A DNA stretch of 61,733 bases, the filler included, from Sphacelaria rigidula (lineage: Eukaryota), in the NCBI GenBank assembly GCA_964200075.2. It is 10 parts of 10 records of this genome, joined end to end, with 100 filler letters (N's around TTAATTAATTAA, not from the genome) between each part and the next. Parts side by side here need not be neighbours in the genome. Positions count along the whole stretch, not along the records: positions 24,736 to 30,818 come from CAXNAA020022352.1; positions 30,919 to 37,001 come from CAXNAA020022353.1; positions 37,102 to 43,184 come from CAXNAA020022354.1; 7 more parts are not named here. One strand, written 5' to 3'. Below are positions 25,974-39,432 of this stretch, piece after piece. How positions within the stretch are numbered: position 1 is the stretch's first letter; each line of letters starts with the position of its first letter. The notes under the pieces are model-generated. The model was not told the DNA's origin, searched no databases, and saw only the letters and a list, made by a program, of their open reading frames with translations. Position numbers and translations under genes: made by a program.

Positions 25974-28900
25974 GTATGGGTCCCGCTCGCGACGACCGAG
26001 GGTGGTCTGGTGGCCAGCATCAACCGCGGTTGCGCGGCCATTCGTCATGGGGGCTACGGAGGGGCAAGAGCGGCGCTGGTTGACGATGGCATTACCCGAT
26101 CGCCTTGCATCGTGATGCCCGACATACATCTCGCACTCGAGCTCAAGCAGGTACTGTATAGTACGTACATTGAGATGACGGTGTACACGAAACTCGGGTT
26201 AATTTTTTTTCGGAACCCTCTGACAACACTTTTTACCCGGAGATAGTGTTCTCGGCCGGCGGGAGGGGGGAGGCGTACTCATTTGCTGCTCTAGTCATTT
26301 GACCATTGTCCGCGCATCCCTTACGAGACGGAGCACTGTTTCTACTAATGGAGACACCTCCAATATTTGGGGGCTCATTTTCGTTTCTTCCATACATTTC
26401 AGAAAACCCTTTCACATATCGTTTCCCCTTCATGCTTCGCCGTCTGTGGCCACCATCTATCTCCTTGTATAGCGATCGCTTTCTCGCTACTACGTAACGT
26501 TCCAAACGCAAAAAAAAAAAAAAACACCGGGGGGTATGTGATTAACTGCGTACCCCTATATAGTGTTGTAGATACCGACGTAGCGCCAAAATAGTAAAAT
26601 GTCATCATCCAGAGGTGTGGGTCAGGCGCGTTGGGGGGTGCTATCCTTCGTGCCGATTATGTACACCGTCGCCTACGAGTAGGGTATGGTTTTGAAGTGA
26701 GTACTATACCTCGGGTCGCGACAGTGTGTACATCAGTAGTCTTTCTCTCACCACGGGCGATACGAAAAAATAATAATAGGAGAAACGAGTTCGGGCTGAA
26801 GCAGGTACCGCAGTGTGTAGTGAGACTACGGTTTGGCTTTGAAAAAAGAAAATCACGTACGGCACCTGTAGATTTCAAGAAGGTTCTTCCTCATCGTAAT
26901 GCCGAACATTAGATGTCGCGCTCGGGCTGAAGTGTATAGGTAAGGTAGTGTGTAGTGAGCAACCCGGGTTCAGTTTAGAAAAACATGATAATGATGCGCC
27001 GCACTGTAGATTGCTGAGTTTATCTGTATCTATCGCTCGAGGTGATGAGGGGGAGAGGATGAGACGAAAAAAAACGCCTTTCCATCGCCATGCTCAGACG
27101 TAGATGTCGCGCTCGAGCTGAAGCGACCGGTACAGCATCTGTGGTACGAAACATCAGCACGGTTTGCGAAATAAATGCATAATATCGTGCTGTACAATGA
27201 TATGGGTGTGATTGTGTATGTGCATGTCCCGGCGGCGCTGAAGTAAAAAAAGGAACAATATGAAAACCCTGTGTATGTTTTTTTTTTTTTAAACATGACC
27301 CGCCCCGCGGTGCCCGACAAGCACGACTTGACCGAGACATCTCGATGGGATACTTGCGTATGCGAAGCTCACATACGGCGTATGGTATTCCCAGCGAGAC
27401 GGCTTTGGGTGGCGTAGCCCCCGATCAAATTTGCGGGAGAAATTGTACTGTTTTTTTTGCCCGTATGGGGGATATATTCCGTGAGTAGAGCCATGGTGAG
27501 CGTTTCGTTCGCCGCAAATTTGTGTACCGTCAAACTAGTTGACAATCTCGAAGTCCTGTTATTCTACCTCTATATATCCCCATATGTATATCCGCACCCG
27601 CGCAATTGATCCCATATAACTCCTACGGCACGGAACAGTATAGCACGGTGTAGTGATGTACAGTGTAGTGCAGTGCGGTGCGGTGCAGTTCAGCTCAATG
27701 CAGGACCGTCTTTTCGACTATCCATTTTCGTTATTGTTCTTTGTTGCATATACACCGTACCGTATGCTACTGCCGTACTTTCTGCACTGCCGCCGGGTGC
27801 TATATACTTCGGCGTTCGTCCTTTATTTCACATCGATCCGGTCCGGTCCGGTCCGGTCCGGTTGCTTCCTTGTTACCCTTTGTTTTTGGCCTGATCGTGG
27901 GGGGTGGCAACGGACAAACAAACGAATGAACGATGGCATTGCCTACAGTGGGCCGAGCGTACATCTGGTGTGGATGCCGGCTTTCCGATTCTCGCCGCCG
28001 CGTTCGAGTCGACCACCCAGCACGGTCGTTTGGTGTCCGTCAAGGGTTCACTCGCGGGGCGCTACGTATACCTTCGTTTCAAGTGCACGAGCGGTGAGAG
28101 AGCTGCCGAACAACACTTTTGAGAGCAAAGCAATCCGTTCGAGTCTGCATTTGTTGAGGCATCGAATTGCTGCATGCATTGATTTGTATGCTGGTACTTT
28201 CTGGAGTGAAGGACCAAAGTTATTCATGATCACTGGTATGAAGAGGAGAACAAGAGAACGGGAGGGGCCGGGGAGGGGAGGAGAGGGGATATGTAATTTT
28301 CGTGTACAGTATTGTGGTGTCATTTCCTTGCTCTTCAGAAAGTTTAAGGAACCTTTTGTTGATGTTTCATTTGCGAAGAAAATAATCCAAACATGGACGC
28401 CTTTTAATATATATATATATATCGTGCGTTTATTGTATTTTTTTCAACTACACGGGGAAAATGGAAATAGATACTTCCTCTGTGCCACGAGTAAAGTCCA
28501 TTACGGGGGCAGATCGTGTATCGCCAACGGAGTTGCCCCCGATGCTACAGTTCTTTTTTTTAAAGCTGTTGATGTGCTGATGCTCGCTTGAAAAAAGAAG
28601 CTGAGTCGGAATTACTGAGAATTAGTGGGTCGAAACATGGCCAAATTCCACCATTTTCGACCATATTCTACCATTTTTGGCAGAATTTCGACTTTTTTTG
28701 CCTGTTTTGTAACCAATAGAGGCAGCTATTTGATCAGGTGGTTTTGGATGAGGCGTGGATATCGTACGAAGCTGATGAATCAGAGGCATGTGATTATTTC
28801 GACGTTTTTTCGCGATTTTTGGAGTTCTGGGGGGTTTCCATTGTTCTCCGCTGTTTTCCAGAAACGGGCAAAACACGGCTTTTGGGGGGGGCGACTGATC

Positions 28901-29839
28901 TTTTCCGGCCGCTCATGCATGCATAAAGGTGCGCGCAGAAAAGAAAAATGATTTCGAATTTGAATTTAAAAAACACCTAAATTTTGAAATTTTCGAAAAA
29001 AATGATCGCCTTTTGCATCGGTGACAGTTAAGGGTCTGTGTACTATAGTCGTAACGGACTTTACTTATGGCACAGAAGAAGTATTATTACTATTGTGGGG
29101 CGGTACGTCTGCTGTCGCCCAATGTGCACGAGTGGTACCCATTAAAAAAATAAGTAAAGCACAACAGGGGACACGCGCGCGAGAGGGGGGGGGGGGGGGG
29201 GGGGCGTACTCATTTGTTGCTTGCCTTGGTCATTTGACCATTGACCATGCACCCCTTGCGAGACGGAGCACGCGCGCGGGGGATGTGCTCGTGATCTTCC
29301 ATGCCGTAGTCAGGAGACCATTTGACCTCGCATCTTTACAAAACCGGGACGGAGCACTTGCGTTGTTGGGGTCCGGAAACCGGAGAATATCACCCCCTGG
29401 TTTCTTGTACACATATGTATGTACAGAGGCATGGATGACGTCACTGAAAGAAGGCTAGCCTCTGTTTTTCGATTTGCCTGGCTTCGAGGCTTCGCATTGG
29501 GTCACGTTGCCAACGATTCGAGAGGAAATGAAGCAGCATAACATCCGAAGCAGTTAATGGGCTGGATGACTGTGCGTCATCATTGCGTCTTTCTGAAGGA
29601 GTCTAGTCCGTGTCTAAGTGCTGCTGCTGATGATGATGGTGATGATGATTACTGGTGTTGGTGCTGTTGCAGGAGATGCCATGGGTATGAACATGGTGAG
29701 CAAAGGGTGCGATGCGGCGGTGGGTGAAATACGGCAGAGGTTCAAGCAGGCGCGTCTTGTGACCCTGACGGGAAACACGTGCACCGACAAGAAAGCGTCG
29801 GCGGCGAATTGGATCGAGGGAAGGGGCAAGTCTGTCGTG
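25974..29839 (+). CDS. HMGR: Class I HMG-CoA reductase, internal part; exons 25974-26150, 27949-28093, 29673-29839
   Basis: [21 protein letters not shown] / [10 protein letters not shown]...[13 protein letters not shown] / [12 protein letters not shown]...[27 protein letters not shown] introns of phase 0 and 1 join in frame. Confidence 0.95.
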
Positions 29840-29842
29840 GTG

Positions 29843-29860
29843 AGTTGTTGCTGTTGTTAA

Positions 29861-29933
<73 letters not shown>
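29843..29933. repeat. (TTG)n microsatellite immediately after the HMGR splice donor
   Basis: Direct reading. Confidence 0.95.
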
Positions 29934-29934
<1 letters not shown>

Positions 29935-31045
29935 GCTTTTCGTGCAAAATGCATATCGCGCGAATGTGTGTGTGTGTGTGCGCGCGCGTGTGCCTACATC
30001 TCGTGTGAGAAGAAGCAGGAGCACACAAATAACAGTAACTTGAGATTGTTGAGGAAACTAGACTAACCTACAGTGGGCTACTCCTTTTTGGATTTCTAGG
30101 GATTCGTTTTATTTATCAACTATTTCGTGGTGTGTTTCCCGTTTTTTCGGCTGTTGCTCGTACCCGTTTTTGTTTTTATTTACTTCGGAGTATATTTGTA
30201 TATTTCACATGAGTATGTGCGTTGGATATGAATCATGTACAATACACCTACATATGTCAACGTGGAGGTACGAAGATCGCATGTCCTGGTTGGAACTCCC
30301 TTGGTGGGATAACGGTTAGGTACAACATTAGTGAAACGAAGCTGGATTCCCCCCCATCCTCGTCCCCGCGCCCTCCCATTTTTGTTGAGTTATCTTTCAT
30401 GAATAACAGACGATCGTATACCTGAGCATGCCATAATGATACGCGAAGTGTCGTGCGTGTAGATATCTGCCGACGAGTAATGATGAGTCTGCCTCAGGTT
30501 GGACGGATGAGTTTAATTGCGTCCGGTGCTGGCAAGCGTGGCCGCTTATAGGTACTAATAGGACCTTCTTTGTCGAAAACAAATGCAATTTTTTTTCTTC
30601 TTGTTTTTCCTTCCCCCCCCGGCCATAGTCAATGTCATGCATGATCATGGGTACACCCCCCCGGCTATAGGGAGCCACTCATGAGGCAGTGTATAAGCCG
30701 TGGCTGTCTCTGGAAGTGGATACCACAGAATAAAGCAACTCGTTGTTGGCGGTCATCCAAATGCAAGATAATCAGTGGGCTTTGGACCGAACAATATTAG
30801 CAGGAATCAGCTCACTCTNNNNNNNNNNNNNNNNNNNNNNNNNNNNNNNNNNNNNNNNNNNNTTAATTAATTAANNNNNNNNNNNNNNNNNNNNNNNNNN
30901 NNNNNNNNNNNNNNNNNNCTGATGACTATGGCAAGCATGATCATGAGTACACCCCTCGCCCTCCTCCCTCCGGGATGGGTGCACCCCCGCACGGATTATG
31001 ACTTGTGGACCGGAGGTTGAAAACTGTGCAACGTCTGGTACTCAC

Positions 31046-34000
31046 CAACACTGTTCCAGACAAGCACATGGGCAGGAACCCCTCGTACAGAGCGCCGTAG
31101 TAGTCTGCAAGAGCCAATTGTCCCGTTGACGACATTTCCCAGTTCTGCCTCACGCTTCCTTCGCAACCGTATACCGTCGCCTCGAATCCTAAAAATTGCG
31201 GGTGAAGAATGGAACATATGACAAAAAAAAACGGGCAAGAGCACGGAAAAAGAAAAAGAAAATAAAAAGCATGAAAAGATAGAACAAATTAACCCTTTTG
31301 GGACTGAAGCTCACTAACAACGGGTTCACCCTGTATTCGTAAAATAATAATAAACAAGTCTGGGAGCGACCTGCTCAATCACGGCGAGGCGAAATTTGTC
31401 GACCACATCCGAACGACGAGTGAAGGGGGGCTATCGCCGGGAGGGATGTCACTGCAAAGTTGGTGTACCCTGTCCCTGGCACACAAAAAAGCCTTCGAAG
31501 CAAAAGAAAGCCCAAGTGGTCGGGGCTCGGATTCCCTTTTTTTATTTACTTGCACTTTATATAGGTCCGACCTCCCTTCCCCCGATTTGTTTTTGGATCA
31601 CCATCCTATAGTAAAACCTATTTGATAACACTAACACATGGTGCTCGGGGGAAATTCGGGAATAAATGTACCCTACTATAAATGTGCGGTCATGTTCACA
31701 AGGCGACTGAATCTAGCAACGCTGTGGGGCGAGAGACGGAGCTGGAGGCATGAGTTCTGCGAATCCCTCTGTCGAAGCGGTACAAGCGGCGGTGAGGTCA
31801 CATGTAATCGACGGGAACGTACAAGCTGTGTATAGGCCGCTAGTCTCCGTCGCGGAGAACTGCCCAGAACATGTGGGGGGCGGCAGCTGCTGCGATGCTG
31901 CATTCGAAGAAGCGTACTGTACAGTATCTGCGGCGCAACGTCCATGCCGTTCGAAGAGAATTTGCCGCTTGCAACAAAGAGGGGAATCACGGCTCACCCC
32001 GACCACAAAGGGCTGTGTGGCAAGGTGATGCGGACAATACCCAAGGCCACACGTGGCGGGCGGCGGTTGTCACATCCTGTTGAAAGCTCTCTACGGCGAC
32101 TCATACTGCTTGATTCATCTGTACATTACCAGATGCGCACAACACCCGAATTATAGTACAGACAGTTTGTACCTGCACCTGAAAATAGACTGGATGAAAC
32201 TTTTAGTCTTCCTCTAACCCTGCGGTTACATACATCCGTGACGTTGTAGCAGCGTGAAATCACTGTTTCATGCGTGTGAAGGAGACGTCATTCCTAACCA
32301 GCTTCATTGGTCGTTCCGCAGGCCCAGTCCCATAAGGGTAAAAAAAAAAAAAAAGATCAAATAATGATTTCATAGAACGAATGATACATATATATATATA
32401 CATCCAAAAATGTCTCGCTTCTGTACAAATGAAGAAAAAAAAAAAAATCCATTCAAAAACGAAAAAAGACACGCAAAAAAAACACAACAAACAACAAAAA
32501 AAAAAAAAAAAAAAAATAACCCCACCCAACCCGAGACACAATTCAGTCAAACAGGACACAAAAAATACGCGAAACAATACAACACGAAAGAAGAAAAATC
32601 TCCATATGTCATCCTTTGATTTTGTTTCTGAAGGTGGGGGGGGGGTACTAATGATCTTGCATGCCGTAGTCATATGACCCTTGACCTCGCATCCCCTGCA
32701 AAGCCGGGATGGAGCTCGCCGCGCTTTCGCCAGACCAGGCTCGCAATCAATCACAAAGTGCTAAACGCCGTGATGTGTTGAGCGAGTCGCATGAAGGGAA
32801 GGCTGCATCCTGCAAAGATTGCTCGGCCCGAAGCCTACTGATCATCTTGCATTTGAATGACAGCCTCCGATGAGTTGCTTCATTTTCCGGTATCGCCACT
32901 TCCACAGACAGCCATGGTTTATACACTGCCTCATGGGTGTCTCACCATATATTTCGAGGGAGGGAGGGAAGCAAAAAATGAGGCGGGGGTCGAGTGTCTT
33001 TCACGGCACCTGGCATCACGTTCGAAGGGCGACCCCCATCCCACTCATAGTGACCAGTGACACTGCTCTCCAGACGGCGAGCCCCCGCTTTGGCGAATTT
33101 CGAAATATGACCCATGTAGTAGTACATTGGCTGGAATATGACATCCGTGTGGTTCTGTAGCGCAAAACGTGAAAGAGGGGGAGGGGGGGGGGGGGTATCG
33201 CAAACGTGGATCAGCACTCCCGCACCGCGTTGACTCTCCCTCTCTGAAAAAAGGCTCAACAAAACAGACTACTTTTGCTACTCACGTGCGTCTTCGCGCC
33301 TTCAGTGACAGAAACCAGCTTCTTCACAGTAACGTCCGAACTAAACACATATGGCGGGGAATCGAACCCACATTTTTCCGACTTTATAGTGGCAGTTGTA
33401 CCACCAGATAACGTGCATCCAATATCACGAGGAAGCTGTTCAGAATATAACTAATGCCTGCAGAAAAAAAAATGTATTCCTCCACGATGAGACAGACGCT
33501 GGGAGGGACGATTACAAACGTGGACAAAGAAAAAAGAAGTACGTACGTGACCGGCCGATTGAATGATAACTCCGAAGTTAATTTGCAACAACAGTACTGC
33601 CCGTAACCAGGCGTTACATTTTTGTGGAATGCTATTTATATGAATTCAACGTATCTACTCAAGCCGATTTTGACAAGAATTGCACAGAAGAATCCAAAGG
33701 TATACCTTTCACCGTGATATTATTGTAAATTACTAGCGGGAGGATCCAGAGCATTGGGACATAACGCGATGGTGGTGAAATCGTTACCAGCGCACAGCAT
33801 CGTGGCTCAAATGGACCGCGACTTACCTTCCGCATCCGAAAAAAAATTTGAAAGTTTTGCTTCCCTATGCATTACGTTGGTTCATTCATTCATTCATTCA
33901 TTCATTCATTCTCTCATCCTTTGCTTAGTTGGTTTTCCGCATTTACCCCTCTAGAATCCGAATAAGTTCACACTAGAGGAGCGAAAGTTTCGCCAACCGC

Positions 34001-34890
34001 GTCCGCTGTCAATTCTCCGTGCGGGAACACGCGTAAAATTTTCAAGAGCAAGTCGAATGTGAAACCGGGAAAACGCTCCGGTCAAGAATACATTTACCTC
34101 CTGGTAGAACCTGCACATGTTCACATGTTCGGGCGTGAGGGGAGTGAGGGTCACAAGTAGTCGGTTTCACCACTCTTCTATGGTTTCGTTTTGGGCGTTA
34201 TCAACCATATTTGATGGCAACATTGGGCACAACCTCGTTCGTCGCGAAGGAGTAGACCCAGCATGGGCGGGGACACACAAACACGTCGAGCTTCCGAAGT
34301 AAATAAACGTGGGTACACTCCATGCCTGGAATAGTGCACATGCACACATTCCAAACCAAGCGGAATACTGCTAGGGTTCGTCATTATCCACCACGGTACC
34401 TCGTTCGCGATAATTGGGCTATCGCATAGGTTGCCTGCGTGGTTCGGCCCGCCATCGTAGCTCAGCATCAGGTTCCAGTCGATCCTGGATCATGACGAGA
34501 AAATAGCATCGGCAGCGGCAACCGTTACGCGTCATCTACCACCAATGACATCCATATGAAAACGAAAAGAAACCATAGGGCATTACAACCTCCTTTTCTC
34601 AATCATCTTCTCCCCTACGGCCAATCACTACTACTATCACCACCATCAAAATTACCATGACAATGGATCATGACAACAACAATGGATCATGACAACAACA
34701 ATGGATCATGACAACAACTGGCTCTCACCATCCGGATGACCAGCTGTTCAGGTCGGCGATCATGTCATGAGCCGTGTGCTCCGCCCTTTGCCAGCCCCCC
34801 TCTAGCGAGTGGTCAACAAAAGGACAGTTGCAGCTTTCCGTCGACAGGATGAATTTTTCTTTCCCGTGGGCTTGCAAATCGTGGTAGGTT
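31046..34890 (-). CDS. GH30 glucosylceramidase-like protein, internal part; exons 34890-34729, 34484-34400, 33154-33010, 31188-31046
   Basis: KFILSTESCNCP...AHDMIADLNSWSSGW/IDWNLMLSYDGGPNHAGNLCDSPII/..QPMYYYMGHISKF matches GBA/GH30 motifs (nucleophile Glu in TESC, DWNL..GGPN, QPMxYxxGHxSKF); intron phases 2, 0, 1 are consistent. Confidence 0.92.
34657..34717. repeat. 19-bp minisatellite (catgacaacaacaatggat), about 3 copies, beside a GH30 donor site
   Basis: Direct reading. Confidence 0.85.
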
Positions 34891-37800
34891 CTAAGAACGG
34901 CAAACGCCCACGACAGCGAGCGAGGGAGTGGAGGGGGCAGGGATGAAACATAGAGCATAGCCCTTGCCTTCTATTTCAGCCATGGGAAACGAACAAAAAT
35001 TGTCGGCGCATGAAGCTACAATAGCTAGCTACTGCGAGATCCGACTGTGTGGAAAATGACTTCGAACTCAATCCGAAACAAGCAGGACTACGCGGGCATA
35101 CCTTCATATTGTTGCCGCATTCAACCTTTTCGAGCGCCAAGCCTCATTTCGGTACACTTGTTTTCTGACTGACAGTCCCGCGGAACACTTCTTATTTTTT
35201 GGCGGGGGGAGTGTACTCATGATCTTGCATACCATAGTCATATCACCATTGCCCTCGCATCCCTACAAAGCCCGGACTTAGGACGCCGGGTTTTCGACAG
35301 ATCAGGCTCGCAATCAATCACCAAGCGCGAAGCGCCGTGGTGAACTCGGTGAGTCGCATTAAGGGTCAGCTTCATCCTGCTACGATTGTTCGGCCCGAAG
35401 CGTACTACAATAATTATCTTCCGTATGAATGATAGCTTCCGATGAGTTGCTTAATTTTCTGGAACTGCCACCTCCAGGGGCAGGCACGGCTCATACACTG
35501 CCTGCTGGGTGTCGGGGTACCATCGGGCGTGTTTCGAGTGATACAGTTAAGAAGGTCAAAATCAAGAAAAATATATTGCGGACGATTATTTGAATTACAG
35601 ATAGGGTGGGCACGGATTATCCCTCGACGCGTATCGCACGCCGAAACCGAGCAAGCATGTATGATTTTTCCTGACGTACGTCCAACACAATATTTGTCTA
35701 CCGACGTGATACTGGGGTGCAAGGGCGTGACCTCGTGTTATACATACATCGCGCGGAAGCGCCGCCACCGCCACACCGTAGGTACTTTGCACGTACAAAA
35801 ATATAAGAGTCTGTACCGCGGTGGGTGAGCTGCTGCTGGATGAATGGTACAGTTATGGGCGCGCCTGACCCCCCAAAATGAGCCCAAAAAGTGACACCGA
35901 CCAAAAGCACGAACAGACCGGAGATGACGTTCATCCTCCGACAAAGCACGCTGCAAAATCTCTCGAAGTACTTGTGATTTGAGTAGGGTTTCCATTACAC
36001 GCTTTTGAAGTTTTCTTGTTCCGGAGGACGAACCACGGCGTGGCTCGGCTACTCATCGACGTGTATTTGTCCTAGCTACAATTTCACCGGTTGGTTTTAC
36101 CTAAGACGTTACGGTGATCGAGAAAATCGCAGAAAATCTATGCTTTTTTTCACTTAATTCGTTATAAAACTCGCATCCTAATGGAATAAAAGAATTCAAC
36201 CGGCATAATTGTAGCCGTCGTCTTGGCGAAGATTATGCAAAAAGTCGCATCCCAATCGATGGCCGTGGCGATGGGTATTCTCTGGAACAGATTGGGCTGT
36301 GATCGCAAACACGCACCCCCAACCCTCGCCGGTCTCGACAAAACGCGAAAACCTCACCCCTGTGTAACGGCCTCAGAATAGATGACACCCATGCATGACT
36401 CGTGATAGTGCCGATGGTTGATACGTCGGATATGTGGAATGTTGCAGAATTTGAACCTTCGATCGAGCCCCCAGAAGCAAGAATTATCTTCGCGACCTCG
36501 CAGCAGCGGAGAGAACAAATTATAACACTGGCCCTAACGAAGGCATACCGAGAACCATCCGGCAAGGCGAGTGCAACGTGTTTCGTAGGCAAAGGGTGCG
36601 TTGCCAGACCTCGAATCGGCGCCCCATGCGCCGATTTAGATAAGAACGCGTTTAGGGACGCTAGTAGAATGCTAGGAGCACAGCCCCCATGAAATATCCG
36701 GATTTCGGTTTTCACACCAAGATCAACATTGACCGACTTGCGCTCCCGAATGGAAAAATATACTGCGCCAAGGCGACACAAAGTCGTCGGCTCACTTTCG
36801 CTGAAGCCACATGGCACCGAAGCCCCCATCATGTCTTTCAGTGGACCCACCCATCTTAAGACACGCATCTGTTGTATCGGCAATGGTGGGTGACGGACGA
36901 CCGTTTGTTTTCATTCCCTGTTGCAAAACAACAACTTCTTTTTGTTGTCCCCAGAGGACAGGAAGGAACCTTAAACCATGCACTTCGCTATTGCTAGTTT
37001 CNNNNNNNNNNNNNNNNNNNNNNNNNNNNNNNNNNNNNNNNNNNNTTAATTAATTAANNNNNNNNNNNNNNNNNNNNNNNNNNNNNNNNNNNNNNNNNNN
37101 NCCACATGAGAGGCGTGTAGCAGCCCGAAATCAGCTATAACGCCCAAAGCAGTCGCGTCGTGCAGCACGAAACCAGCTTTAACGGCAGTGATGATCATCG
37201 CCTCCGTGCACGTCATTGGCCGTGTTTTTTGGGGGGGGCTATCTCGGCAGCAGTCATTTCGAATACCTTCCGTTGAGGACTCCTGGAGATGAATTCATGG
37301 GTATGCATGATCACATATAGAACGAAAACTGCGAATCCCGGGTTACTTGAGCAACAAAATCTGCTCGAGAACGACCGGAAGGGGAGGAGAGGGTCTCATG
37401 GGTTTTCCTCGTGTGCTATGTCCTTGGTGTTTGTGTTGGGTGGGTCGAGGTGTGGAGGTGATAAAACGTGCACTTTATATTTTCTTTTCTCGACATTTTG
37501 TTTTTTTATTCGCACTTCGAACCCCTCCCCTTATTCCTCGGGACGAGTCCGTGATCTGTCCCAGGGGATCCCGTTACATGCCTTGCATGTTGGTCTCGCG
37601 GATTGGATCATGACTAACATTCTCGCAACCGCGTCAACTCTCGTCAAACAAACTCAGCCAGAGAAGTACTTTGTTTACCCACGTACTCACGCAGTCGACG
37701 GTAGAAGTCAGATCGACAAACAGACCAACGAATTATTGGGGATAGATTTGACGTTCGTTCCACCCTAGTGGCGACAGCCGGACTATTTTCATTTGGGCCA

Positions 37801-38705
37801 CCGGGAGGCGACGGCACAGGCATATACACATCGTATATTGAGCCTAGTTGACCGTTGTTGGGCTACAAATGCCCGTGGTTGACACAATTTTACAGGTTTC
37901 GCTGTACCCCTAACCCCAACCCCAACCCCAACCCCAACCCAACGGTATATACATTCCCTAGGCAAAGTGCGGCCTTGGTAGACCCCAAATCGGCTCCTGT
38001 GGCGCTGATTTCAACGAAAACGCGTTCTGCGCACACGCGAGGAGCACAAGAGACTGTCAGCCCTACTAAAATTCCGATTTGCGTTGTACACACTCAAATA
38101 AAGTAAATATTAACCGCGAGCATTTTTAGCCTGACGCCGGTAAGCTCTACTGCACATATTGGTGTGACCCCGCCGTGGGTGTAATGCACTCTTCGACAAA
38201 GAGTCGAAGCGCATTATATATGAACGTCAAAACGGAATGTTCGACGCTCGCCACAGACGGCATGTCGTGTGCACCGGCTTGTACAGATGCGAGTTCCCAC
38301 GCCCGGAAGGATGGGAATGCTCGTCGGTGCTCGGCGCTTTTGCCAGATTTTCAGGAAAAACACAAACAAACCGGTTGACACTCAATGATGAGTGTATCAT
38401 GTCCTCGGCTCGAAAGTGCACCGCGACAATGAAGACAAGGCTTGGCCGTATACATACCAGTAGGTTTACGCGAACACAGAGCGCGGAGAAGCTCTTGACA
38501 AAACTCGAAGGTCCTTCTCGAGTGATTCTACAGTACGTTAAAATGGAGGTGGCAAACAAGAAACCGGGATGAGACGGCTGCAGGGAAATGAATTGAAATG
38601 CTAAAACCCCTACCACAGCGTCAATAAGGATCCAATTGTGGAACCATTGGAAAGTGGGAAAGCCGCAGCGCTTGAACGTGGTGTGCAGGTTTGAAAGAAG
38701 GTGCG

Positions 38706-39136
38706 GAGCAATGCTATGGTACGGGTTGCAATTTTGGTTTTTGGTTCTCTTTTTGGTAGGAGCCCAAATTACCGGTACATGGGGCTTATTTCCTGCGTAA
38801 CTCAAATCTCCGGGGACCAGACTCCTAGCAGGGGCCTTTTCGTGAATCGGCATCATCATTTTCAGTATTTTTCAAGTGCAAATGATGCAGGTGTTTTTCT
38901 GTTCTTTCTTTTTCTCAGAGCGTGTTTTCAGCTTCGTTTTTCTTGGGTACGTACGTCTATCATGAGACAACGGCTGGATCATGACTACCTGGGGGGTCAG
39001 TTAAAGTGCGACAATCAATCAATCAATCAGTCAATCAATCAACCAACCAACCAGATTCTCAAAATGACCCGTCCAACACCCCGAGCAGCCCCCAGAGACG
39101 TTTTCTTTCGCTGAAAAAGTGCAACCCCTATACCGC

Positions 39137-39143
<7 letters not shown>
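38706..39143. mobile_element. Sola-like MITE with an inserted retroelement tail; right end runs into (TTG)n
   Basis: GAGCAATGCTATGGTACGGGTTGCAATTTT ... AAAAAGTGCAACCCCTATACCGCAGCATTG; interior matches 18836-19088 in reverse orientation. Confidence 0.65.
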
Positions 39144-39187
<44 letters not shown>

Positions 39188-39432
39188 GATCGTGTCGCGA
39201 ATTTCCTCTACCGTGTATGATTCATTGCATCCGTGCCATCACAGGCTGGTGCTGTTGGAGCGGTTTGCTTGTTGCTGTATGTTGCCGCCGCGCCCTAGCG
39301 GTGCAACGGTCCGAATGTCGACATAAGGGTGGAGAGTACAAGTGTTCGATTCCCGATGCGTTGGCTTTTTCTATTCGTAGTAGTACGAGATTTCCACCGG
39401 GGAAAGCGTGAGAACGTGAGTAATACAAAGTA

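Noticed and set aside
27653..28591. 312-aa ORF
   Set aside because: Mostly HMGR intron; it overlaps the true exon in another frame and has no recognisable domain.
36233..36883. 216-aa ORF upstream of the GH30 exons
   Set aside because: No GH30 motif (no HWY) or other recognisable domain; cannot be supported.
37907..37940. Telomere (also ~42930-42970)
   Set aside because: Only a few degenerate CCCTAA/CCCCAA units, internal to contigs.
38160..38570. Possible DDE transposase remnant (ARR..LPDFQ..ECIMS)
   Set aside because: Similarity is too fragmentary to call without a search.
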